Shown piece after piece: positions 34,816 through 41,327 of a stretch of 41,327 nucleotides of DNA. The position numbers were made by a program, and so were the translations under genes. This DNA is from a virus: positions 1 through 41,327 of IMG/VR virus record IMGVR_UViG_3300032893_000129, one strand, 5' to 3'. Every line of letters starts with the position of its first letter. Position 1 is the stretch's first letter. Under the pieces are notes generated by a model. It had not been told where the DNA came from. It saw only the letters and a list, made by a program, of their open reading frames with translations, and searched no databases.

Positions 34816-35388
34816 TTATGAGAACAAAGCACCGGCGTCAGCAGCACCCCCCGTGCCGCCGCCACCGGTTTCAACAGGAGCAAATGCATCGGTGACACGC
34901 ACGACATTGCCGAGCGGATCGCCGTCTCGCACGAGCTGAACGTGGCCAAGACCAGCGCTCACTCCGCGATTTCCTTTTTGATCGTAAGCGTAAAAGTTGA
35001 TCGACGCGCGAACGAAGCAGCCGGCATAAATTTTTGCCGGATCCAAGATTTCCTGCACGTTTTGGTCAACCACCGTTGGCTTGCGTTCAGATTTCAAGTT
35101 CATGAAGATGCCACCTGGCTCATGGCCATCGGGCAACTTCCCGTCTTTTTCCCGCTCTTCGTGCTTGCGGAAAGGATTTTTAAGCGGTTTTGGCCACTTT
35201 GATGGATCGGTTCCCCATTTCTTCTCGATCGCAGCTTGTGCTGCTTTTTGCATAGCGGTTAAATCGGTGCCCTTCGGAAAAAGTGCTACCAATGAAAACT
35301 CTTCTTTGCCATTGAGCTTGTTTAACTCGGCTTTAAAGAGTTTGGGATATGAGAGCCGGAATACCGGCGTTGTTACTGTGGTGGACAT
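34816..35388 (-). CDS. ssDNA-binding protein, DUF2815 / T7 gp2.5-like
   Basis: 'TPVFRLSYPKLF...' N-terminus, 'GCFVRASINFYAYD.KGNRGVSAGLGHVQLV.DG.PLG' signature, and a Gly-rich tail. Confidence 0.8.
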   Translation of the reverse strand: MSTTVTTPVFRLSYPKLFKAELNKLNGKEEFSLVALFPKGTDLTAMQKAAQAAIEKKWGTDPSKWPKPLKNPFRKHEEREKDGKLPDGHEPGGIFMNLKSERKPTVVDQNVQEILDPAKIYAGCFVRASINFYAYDQKGNRGVSAGLGHVQLVRDGDPLGNVVRVTDAFAPVETGGGGTGGAADAGALFS

Positions 35389-35412
35389 TGTCCCTCCCTT
35401 TGGTTTTAGCGT

Positions 35413-35727
35413 TTATTCGCTTACTTCTTCGTACGTCATTTCAAAAATATCAGGCTTACAAGGATAGAATTCTCCTTTTACACCTTTGATAATCCAATCG
35501 CCTTCCATCGCCGTGTGATCGCCTTCAAGTGTGATGATAAAAAGCTGTGCCTTTGGAGTTTGCCCAAATCTATCTGATTTACCAGAGACACCGCCACGAC
35601 AACTGCCGCCAAGCCATTCACGGCATTCATGCCAACTCTCTTTTGTGAGCTGCCTCGCTTCGATGACGACTGGTTTCTTTCTAAACTTAGCCACCGATGA
35701 CCTCGAAAACATTCTTCGCTTGTTCAA
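35413..35727 (-). CDS. Hypothetical conserved phage protein (start uncertain)
   Basis: 'KKPVVIEARQ.........GDWIIKGVKGEFYPCKPDIFEMTYEEV' pattern. A GTG at 35694 overlapping the upstream stop is a plausible true start. Confidence 0.55.
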   Translation of the reverse strand: MNKRRMFSRSSVAKFRKKPVVIEARQLTKESWHECREWLGGSCRGGVSGKSDRFGQTPKAQLFIITLEGDHTAMEGDWIIKGVKGEFYPCKPDIFEMTYEEVSE

Positions 35728-36823
35728 GTGAGCTAACTGGCGGGCGACCGTCAGCTTCCTCGACGAGAGTCGTGCCGCTTGATTCGCTGATCATGTACTT
35801 CGCGAGCTTCGTTTTTTGCTCCTTGGTACAAAACTTTTCGACTTGTGCAGGTGATTTAAGCTCGGGCTCGGTCACAAGTTGGTGGACAGAAATGCCAAAG
35901 TTTTTATTCAAAAGCTCTGGAGTAACTTCGCCCATCCAGCGCCTCATCGCGCGCTTGGCGACCAACTTCCATCCCGGCGGGCATTTGCCCTTGTTCGCTT
36001 CATTGTAGGCAAACTCCCTGACACTCTTGATCCAGGACTCGATTTGTGGGAGGGCGTGGAGAGTGTCAGAAAGTTTCTGCGGATCATAAGAAAGCGCCGG
36101 CGTGAACACTTCCTTAGCCGTCTCGAGCGCTTTTTTGGAAAGTTCCGGGCATTGGGCGGAAGCCGGGCAAAACCTGCAATGATCTCCGCTTTTGAGACTG
36201 GCATCGGGTTTTTCCGTGGCCTTGGCCGCATCGACAAGATCCGCTGCGAAGTCCAAAAGCTCCAATGCCGGTATCGACCAAGAGCGAATCGGCCCGTCCA
36301 CATGAAAGCAGCGCGGTTGCACGATCGTGATTTTTACCTCAGAAACCCGTAAATTAGGCAGGCTAAGAAGAGCACCCAGAGCATAATATTGAAGTTGCTC
36401 GTTTTCGACGACGTCAACCGGGACGCCTTGACCATGCTTATAGTCGACGACTTCAAGCTCTTTGATTCCTGGCTTCCAAATAACCGCGTCAGCCGTCCCG
36501 TAAAGCATCGGATAAAGCTTGCTAAGATCAAAGCGGTGCTCGACGAGAAGCTGGTTTTCTTTTCCAGCTTGGCAAAGCTCCTTAATGTAAGTGACGTAAA
36601 CATCAACAGCCTCCATCATTTCGTACTCAGTGGAATTTTTGGCGTTTGGGCCCTTGCCAGTCAGCCAATCAGCCGCCATCTCATGCGCGCGAGTACCTTC
36701 GTCCGCGTAAACGCTTGAAACTTGTGGTGGCGCTTTTTTGATTTCACGAATGGATCCAGGACAAGCTCTCCAACGGTGATAGGAGCTTGCGCCAAGGTGC
36801 GAGTGAACTGGTAAATTGCTCAT
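35687..36823 (-). CDS. PD-(D/E)xK nuclease of the DUF2800 / Cas4-like type with a Cys cluster
   Basis: 'HLGASSYHRWRACPGS', 'GTADAV.....LEVVDYKHGQG', and a C-terminal 'CRFCPASAQC'. Confidence 0.8.
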   Translation of the reverse strand: MSNLPVHSHLGASSYHRWRACPGSIREIKKAPPQVSSVYADEGTRAHEMAADWLTGKGPNAKNSTEYEMMEAVDVYVTYIKELCQAGKENQLLVEHRFDLSKLYPMLYGTADAVIWKPGIKELEVVDYKHGQGVPVDVVENEQLQYYALGALLSLPNLRVSEVKITIVQPRCFHVDGPIRSWSIPALELLDFAADLVDAAKATEKPDASLKSGDHCRFCPASAQCPELSKKALETAKEVFTPALSYDPQKLSDTLHALPQIESWIKSVREFAYNEANKGKCPPGWKLVAKRAMRRWMGEVTPELLNKNFGISVHQLVTEPELKSPAQVEKFCTKEQKTKLAKYMISESSGTTLVEEADGRPPVSSLEQAKNVFEVIGG

Positions 36824-36984
36824 CTTCGACCTCCACGTGGAGCACGAGTTGCCGGAACTTTGCCTTCGTTCTTGAGCTTTTTTAACGTGTTGGCATTCTC
36901 TTGGCTCTTAACGTGCCGGGACCATGCGCGTTTTTGCGCGCAAGCCCGGCGGCTTGATCGCAGTTTTTTCTTTGAGATGGGCAT
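36820..36984 (-). CDS. Small highly basic ORF (54 aa), not in the supplied ORF track
   Basis: ATG at 36984. It reads MPISKKKLRSSRRACAQKRAWSRHVKSQENANTLKKLKNEGKVPATRAPRGGRR. The stop shares ATGA with the nuclease start (36820-36823). Confidence 0.45.
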   Translation of the reverse strand: MPISKKKLRSSRRACAQKRAWSRHVKSQENANTLKKLKNEGKVPATRAPRGGRR

Positions 36985-36989
36985 ACAAT

Positions 36990-37586
36990 TCATCCCACCA
37001 TTTGCTTGCAGATTTCGACAAGTTCGCCATATTTCTCTGGCTTCACTTCGCCCATTCGCTTTGCACCCAGTTTTTCCAAGGCTTCGCGCGCGGCTTCAAA
37101 TCCTTTTGCCTCATTGAGAGCGGAGAGAGCCTTGATCGCATCATCTTTGGTTGCACTTGGACTGCTGCTCGCTGCAAACGGCGGTTGATCAACCGGCATT
37201 TCCAGCTGCGTGCTCGTCTGCGCCGGCGGCGTTAGTGGTATTTCCGTCGACTGTGGTGCAGCTTGAGCGCCTTCTTGAGCAGCAGCGTTCTCAGCTTCGG
37301 GTTTAGGTTTTGGCTTTCGTCCAGGCTTGCCGCGTTCTCTCTTCGGCTCGAAACTATTTTTCGTCGGTTGGGTTTGAACTTCTTCCGGGAGCGGGAGTTT
37401 GGCTTCCTTTTCCCTCTCGTGGACTTTCGCGAGCGCCGCATCGACTTTCTCCTGCGTGGTGGTCACTTTGCCGGTTTGCGGATTGAGCTGGTCACGCACG
37501 TTGATTCGCAAAAACTGTGCTGCCATCTCCATGCATTTCAAACGTAAATCTTCGGCGGAATTCGCCTGAATGGTAACTGTAAACAT
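36990..37586 (-). CDS. Disordered protein with an AT-hook-like core and a helical C-terminal domain
   Basis: 'KRERGKPGRKPKPKP' sits in a Pro/Gln/Ala-rich linker. The C-terminus is 'AIKALSALNEAKGFEAAREALEKLGAKRMGEVKPEKYGELV'. Confidence 0.6.
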   Translation of the reverse strand: MFTVTIQANSAEDLRLKCMEMAAQFLRINVRDQLNPQTGKVTTTQEKVDAALAKVHEREKEAKLPLPEEVQTQPTKNSFEPKRERGKPGRKPKPKPEAENAAAQEGAQAAPQSTEIPLTPPAQTSTQLEMPVDQPPFAASSSPSATKDDAIKALSALNEAKGFEAAREALEKLGAKRMGEVKPEKYGELVEICKQMVG

Positions 37587-37625
37587 CTTTGATTTCCCCC
37601 TCTAAGATGTGTTCGGTGGCGTGGA

Positions 37626-39059
37626 CTATTCCAGTAACTTATCGAAATTGAGGCTACTCAAAACTTCTCGTTCCATGCAAGCGGCTTTTTCTTCGTTGTC
37701 GCAAAGCAGCTTGGCAATGGCAGTGGATTTTTCCAAAAGCATTTCATTTACGTGCTCATCAATGCTGCCCGGCAAGCACGCGAAGCGCACGAAAACAGGC
37801 TTTTTTTGCCCAATTCGGTGAGCTCTTTTTGCAGCTTGCACGTTGTGCTCTGGACTCCACTCTTGATCGACAAACAGGACTTGATTGGCGGCAGTCAATG
37901 TAATGCTCGTGCCGGCCGAGATGATGTTTCCAAGGAGGATGCGAGTTTTCGCGTTTTGCTGAAAGCTATCAATGTGACGCTGGGCCTTTTCCTTTGGCGT
38001 GCCGCCGTAAACGGTGACTGGATTGAAGTCGGCAAGCTCGCGTTGAAGCGTTGCGATCGTATCTCTATATATTCCAAAGATTACGATTTTATCGTAGGCA
38101 TTGCTCGAAAGCTCATCGCGTACGAGCTCGATGATCGGTTCCAATTTCGCGATCGAGTTGTACATCCGAAGCGTCGTGATGGATTTTGCGAGCATTTGCA
38201 GCGCTTGGAGCCCCTTAAAGGTCAGTTTTCCATCGATCACCGTTCGCGTGGTGTTGGTTTGCTGCTCGATGAGCCGGGCAAGCTCCTTCGTTTCGTCGGT
38301 TGGAAAAACGTATTTCACGAACGAGGAATAGAGTCCAAGATCAATGCTCTTTGGCGGCTCAACGATGAGCTTGCTAAAGACGAGTGGCGGCAGATTCAAA
38401 TGTTCGCTTGCCTTTCTCCTTAACATGATTGGCTTGATGATCTTCGCGAGCTCCGGCAGTAGGTTATTTTTTGCTCCCGTGATTTGCGTTCGATGAGGAT
38501 GCGGCTGATAGCTCGTACAATACCTATTTATCCAAGAATCATAGTCGAGTTTGGTGACGCCAAACGTGTAAAGCATTGGCCACAGTTCGCCCGGGTGGTT
38601 TGGCATGGGAGATCCGGTTAGAATCCAACAACGCGCGGATCTTCTGACAAGTCCGTTTTTGCCAAAAAACTCTTGGGTACGAATGGCATGGGGATTCTTG
38701 AGGAAATGTCCTTCGTCGCCGATGAGGATATCAGCCTTGGCATCGAGAGGAATCTTGTCCATTTGCTCAAAGCTGTGAATTCGGATAATGACTTTGTTTT
38801 TGCCGGTGTGATGCTCCGGCCACCAAAGATCAAATTCCCTTTGCCAGTTTATGGTGGCAACAGCCCTGCAAATGACCCAGATCTCTTTTGCTCGCAGTTT
38901 TTTGGCCGCGAGAATGGCTTGGCCAGTTTTGCCAAGGCCTTGCTCATCGGCCAAGAGTGCAAATCTGTGCGCGACCAAAAAATCCCGGCCGATTTCTTGA
39001 TATGGGTGCGGAGTCATCGTCATTTTTTCACTGTTGGCAATGAATTCGGGAAAGGTCAA
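37626..39059 (-). CDS. SNF2-family helicase/translocase
   Basis: Motif I 'DEQGLGKTGQ', motif II 'GDEGHFLKN', motif VI 'QAAKRAHRIGQKKPV'. The start may be the ATG at 39023 rather than the TTG at 39059. Confidence 0.9.
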   Translation of the reverse strand: MTFPEFIANSEKMTMTPHPYQEIGRDFLVAHRFALLADEQGLGKTGQAILAAKKLRAKEIWVICRAVATINWQREFDLWWPEHHTGKNKVIIRIHSFEQMDKIPLDAKADILIGDEGHFLKNPHAIRTQEFFGKNGLVRRSARCWILTGSPMPNHPGELWPMLYTFGVTKLDYDSWINRYCTSYQPHPHRTQITGAKNNLLPELAKIIKPIMLRRKASEHLNLPPLVFSKLIVEPPKSIDLGLYSSFVKYVFPTDETKELARLIEQQTNTTRTVIDGKLTFKGLQALQMLAKSITTLRMYNSIAKLEPIIELVRDELSSNAYDKIVIFGIYRDTIATLQRELADFNPVTVYGGTPKEKAQRHIDSFQQNAKTRILLGNIISAGTSITLTAANQVLFVDQEWSPEHNVQAAKRAHRIGQKKPVFVRFACLPGSIDEHVNEMLLEKSTAIAKLLCDNEEKAACMEREVLSSLNFDKLLE

Positions 39060-39286
39060 GTCCCGTCCGCGCTGCTAGATCCAAGTAACGCCTTTCGAGA
39101 AAGACTTGCAAACAGCTGACTTCCGGAATCAGGACTGATTGCTCTAGTGCGGATCCAACCTCCGCCAAGTGACTAGCTTGAACGGAGACATCGCCAAAAT
39201 TTTGACGATGAAACCCCATAAGGTTGGAAGTCAAACATTGAACCCCGCGGACGAGATTGACTTAGAAAGGTTAGGAGATTGATTGG

Positions 39287-39496
39287 TTAAAAGCCAGAAT
39301 CTTTTTTCAATTGCCTACGGGCTGCGCGGGCGAGGTGGATGAGTTGCTTCCAAGTTGCAGTCTTAACGGCGATCATGTCAACCACATGATTTTGATATCT
39401 CCAACGCATTTGGATCACTTGCTGTGGCATCTTCGGGTCTTTATTTACTGGCAGATTGACAATACGAGCTTTGAACTCGGCTTTAGGGCGGCTCAT
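39287..39496 (-). CDS. Hypothetical protein (69 aa)
   Basis: ATGA overlap with the RuvC-like gene stop (39493-39496). Confidence 0.5.
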   Translation of the reverse strand: MSRPKAEFKARIVNLPVNKDPKMPQQVIQMRWRYQNHVVDMIAVKTATWKQLIHLARAARRQLKKDSGF

Positions 39497-40014
39497 GACA
39501 GTTGCCCACCATAAACGGCCAAGAGTGCCGCTTCAGCTCGATCATGGTGCTTTTTTAGCTTGAAATAGTCTTGGCGATCGGGAAAAAGCTGCCGGGCCTT
39601 CTCAAGAGAGCGGTTTTTATCCCGCGTGAGGCCCATGGATGCCTTCCAAACAGAGGGCTGCGGTTGGAGGATTGGCAGGAGGTGGGCTGCCAAAACACCG
39701 ATGCAAAGGCCGGTAGTGCGTCCAAACAAGAAGGTTGAGGAGACTCCCTGACCTGGCATCGAGTGAACGCATTCCACCACGGCCAAACGCACGGATTTCG
39801 CAAACTCATCGACGATACGCGCCAAACCATAATGGTCCAACGTTTTGGTCCCGTCGAATTTATCCTCGATCACCGGCATATCGAATAATTCATAGAGAAT
39901 CTTGGTTTTAGGGGAATAAATTGCAATTGCACCGGTGATTCCTGGATCAATTGCCAAAACCAAGGAGCGATTGGATTGAGTTTCTTCAGCTCGTCGAGGT
40001 TGTAAATCGTTCAT
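39493..40014 (-). CDS. RuvC-like Holliday junction resolvase
   Basis: 'LAIDPGITGAIAI', 'VVECVHSMPGQGVSSTFLFG' and 'HHDRAEAALLAVYG'. Confidence 0.85.
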   Translation of the reverse strand: MNDLQPRRAEETQSNRSLVLAIDPGITGAIAIYSPKTKILYELFDMPVIEDKFDGTKTLDHYGLARIVDEFAKSVRLAVVECVHSMPGQGVSSTFLFGRTTGLCIGVLAAHLLPILQPQPSVWKASMGLTRDKNRSLEKARQLFPDRQDYFKLKKHHDRAEAALLAVYGGQLS

Positions 40015-40059
40015 GAGGGCAGCTTGGCTTCAAATCGAATAGGTTGCAAGAGAATATAC

Positions 40060-40370
40060 TTTGTTCCAACGTTCCAGGCGTTCCGGACGCGTGTTCTAAG
40101 AAGGGCACACGTATAAGTATATGATATTAATAGGGATATTTAAATATTCTAGGCAAACTAGGTAAAATGGCACTTTTATTCTTATAATAAAAAGAAAGTA
40201 TAAAGCTAATGTTAAATACATGAGTATTTTTATAAGAATATATTATTTTACTTAGTTTACTTAGAATAATAATAAAAATAATATATAAGTAATAGAAATT
40301 ATTAAGAAATTTTTGTTCCGTGTAAAAATTAAATTGGATAGAAATGTACTAGGTAAAGGCGGAACACCGA
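40060..40370. promoter_or_regulatory. AT-rich ORF-free island flanked by GTTCC iterons (candidate origin / promoter hub)
   Basis: Hand counts give 25%, 17% and 10% G+C for the 60-nt lines 40121-40180, 40181-40240 and 40241-40300. GTTCC lies at 40064, 40072, 40081 and 40316, with GGAAC at 40362. See the findings for the internal repeats. Confidence 0.6.
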
Positions 40371-40416
40371 GGAAATTTAATCCGGGGAAATGGGTAAAAA
40401 CCGCATTTGCTTAAAA

Positions 40417-40632
40417 TTAGGGAGCTCTTGGCTTGCGCGCCGGGTGGCTTTTTGGCAGTGGCGCTTGGTCGTCGCAGTGACGGACTCGGTGGTTTTCAAG
40501 GTGAAGATACCGGATCTTGATGATATCGAGCGTTACAAACGGGGTCGTGATAACCCCGTCGAACGGTTTGCCGCAGACCGGGCAAACTGAGTGTTTTTTG
40601 GATAATTGAGAATCGTTGTCGTTATCGCTCAT
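40417..40632 (-). CDS. Small CxxC (zinc-ribbon-like) protein
   Basis: The ATG at 40632 shares ATGA with the upstream stop. The protein carries 'CPVCGKPF' and a later 'HRVRHC'. Confidence 0.45.
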   Translation of the reverse strand: MSDNDNDSQLSKKHSVCPVCGKPFDGVITTPFVTLDIIKIRYLHLENHRVRHCDDQAPLPKSHPARKPRAP

Positions 40633-40754
40633 GGGCCATCCAGCCAGCTGAAAATCTCGCCGATAAACTTGCATAGCGCTCGAATGGCCAAAGCCCAGAC
40701 AACGATTCCAATTGGAACGAAGAAACACCAAGTGATTGCGTTTGCGATGGTCAT
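40629..40754 (-). CDS. 41-aa single-pass membrane peptide
   Basis: The ATG at 40754 shares ATGA with the upstream stop. It reads MTIANAITWCFFVPIGIVVWALAIRALCKFIGEIFSWLDGP. Confidence 0.45.
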   Translation of the reverse strand: MTIANAITWCFFVPIGIVVWALAIRALCKFIGEIFSWLDGP

Positions 40755-41257
40755 GGGATTCTCACCGGCATTAAAAGTCCGATTAACGTGTCCGAAACAG
40801 AAAGCCCATCGGTTATGAGAATGGCAGACCAAACTAGAGAATCATTTTTTCCCTTTTCCGGTGCTCTCGCAAAACAATTGCCCATTCTCAAGATTGGAAC
40901 ATACATGGGTTGCACGCCGATCTCGAATGATTCGTCTTCCGCTTCAAAGACGTAGGCCATTATTTCATCCATGTTGTTTCGGAACTTTACTCCGATTGGC
41001 CGATCTTTAAGTTTTTTGTAAGCAGAGAGATCGTGATGAATGTGGCCTTTGATGAGTTGATCTAGATTGGCGCATTCTCTAGTTAAGCAGAGCTCGCCAA
41101 AATCGTATCTTCCTTCTGTATGCTCCGCAATCCACTTGGAGAGTGCTTTGGGCATCAATGACGTTCGATCGTTTCGCACCAACCAATGGCCGTTTGTGGT
41201 GTAAACGGCTCCTCGATGGATTATGTCGCCCTTATCCATTTTAAACTTTGGTTCCAT
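40751..41257 (-). CDS. Mini beta-clamp (DnaN)-like protein, first gene of the leftward early operon
   Basis: AAGGAG lies 5 nt before the ATG at 41257. Four motifs occur in DnaN order: 'TTNGHWLV', 'EGRYDF', 'EIGVQPMYVPILRM' and a C-terminal 'LLMPVRIP'. Confidence 0.55.
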   Translation of the reverse strand: MEPKFKMDKGDIIHRGAVYTTNGHWLVRNDRTSLMPKALSKWIAEHTEGRYDFGELCLTRECANLDQLIKGHIHHDLSAYKKLKDRPIGVKFRNNMDEIMAYVFEAEDESFEIGVQPMYVPILRMGNCFARAPEKGKNDSLVWSAILITDGLSVSDTLIGLLMPVRIP

Positions 41258-41327
41258 GACAGCTCCTTTTCTGTGGCATCGAAGCCACGGTTAAATATAA
41301 ACAAAAATGCTTGATAGCGACGGCTCG
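41202..41327. repeat. Terminal direct repeat, right copy
   Basis: Identical to 1-126. It contains the start codon and first 18-19 codons of the minus-strand gene 40751-41257. Confidence 0.95.

Larger units (their letters stand above)
1..41327. mobile_element. Complete dsDNA tailed-phage genome (41,201-bp unit plus 126-bp terminal redundancy) with a podovirus-type virion module and an integrase
   Basis: The ends are identical. A full set of terminase, portal, capsid, tail, lysis, replication and integrase genes is packed tightly in two divergent arms. Confidence 0.85.

Noticed and set aside
39028-39234. 68-aa minus-strand ORF in the 227-nt gap upstream of the SNF2 gene
   Set aside because: It has a TTG start or an internal ATG without an RBS, and no recognisable features. 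It could be real, since it stops 4 nt before the ATG at 39023, but the evidence is too weak to call. The gap may instead hold a promoter.
40100-40345. CRISPR array or mini-array in the AT-rich island
   Set aside because: It contains only short, irregular repeats of 9-11 nt without a regular repeat-spacer period, and there are no cas genes.
40390-40590. 66-aa plus-strand ORF antisense to the CxxC protein gene
   Set aside because: The minus-strand frame is ATGA-coupled to its upstream neighbour and fits the operon direction. The plus-strand ORF would be an isolated gene starting at the edge of the AT-rich island.

Overview
The window is one complete tailed-phage genome. Bases 1-126 are repeated exactly at 41202-41327, so the unit length is 41,201 bp and the molecule is circular, circularly permuted or terminally redundant. 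The genome has two arms.

The rightward arm (705-28059, + strand) carries, in order:
- a small HeH/SAP-like protein and the small terminase;
- a 2.75-kb insertion encoding a signal-peptide repeat protein plus a partner;
- the large terminase and portal;
- a T7-ordered virion module: scaffold, capsid, decoration, gp11/12-like adaptor and nozzle, gp13-16-like internal proteins, gp17-like fibre;
- three further fibre-like genes that all start with Sec-type signal peptides;
- a lysis cassette with an M15 endolysin;
- a small accessory island: HTH protein, metallophosphoesterase, coiled-coil protein.

The leftward arm (41257-28131, - strand) carries:
- an early operon led by a mini beta-clamp-like protein;
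- a roughly 250-bp AT-rich island flanked by iterons;
- a RuvC-like resolvase, a SNF2 helicase, a DUF2800/Cas4-like nuclease and a DUF2815 SSB;
- a family A DNA polymerase and a primase-helicase;
- a tyrosine integrase, a DUF3310 protein and a Mom-like GNAT protein.

The arms diverge at a roughly 650-nt non-coding control region (57-704) and converge on a bidirectional terminator (28073-28101). I saw no phage RNA polymerase, tRNA, CRISPR array or reverse transcriptase.

The most unusual items are:
- the truncated DnaN-like early protein;
- four fibre/adhesin-like proteins with signal peptides, one of which splits terS from terL;
- the AT-rich, iteron-flanked island;
- a heavily structured 300-nt gap upstream of the polymerase gene;
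- the Mom-like gene with tandem 13-mers.

All family assignments come from motif reading by eye and need profile or structure searches.
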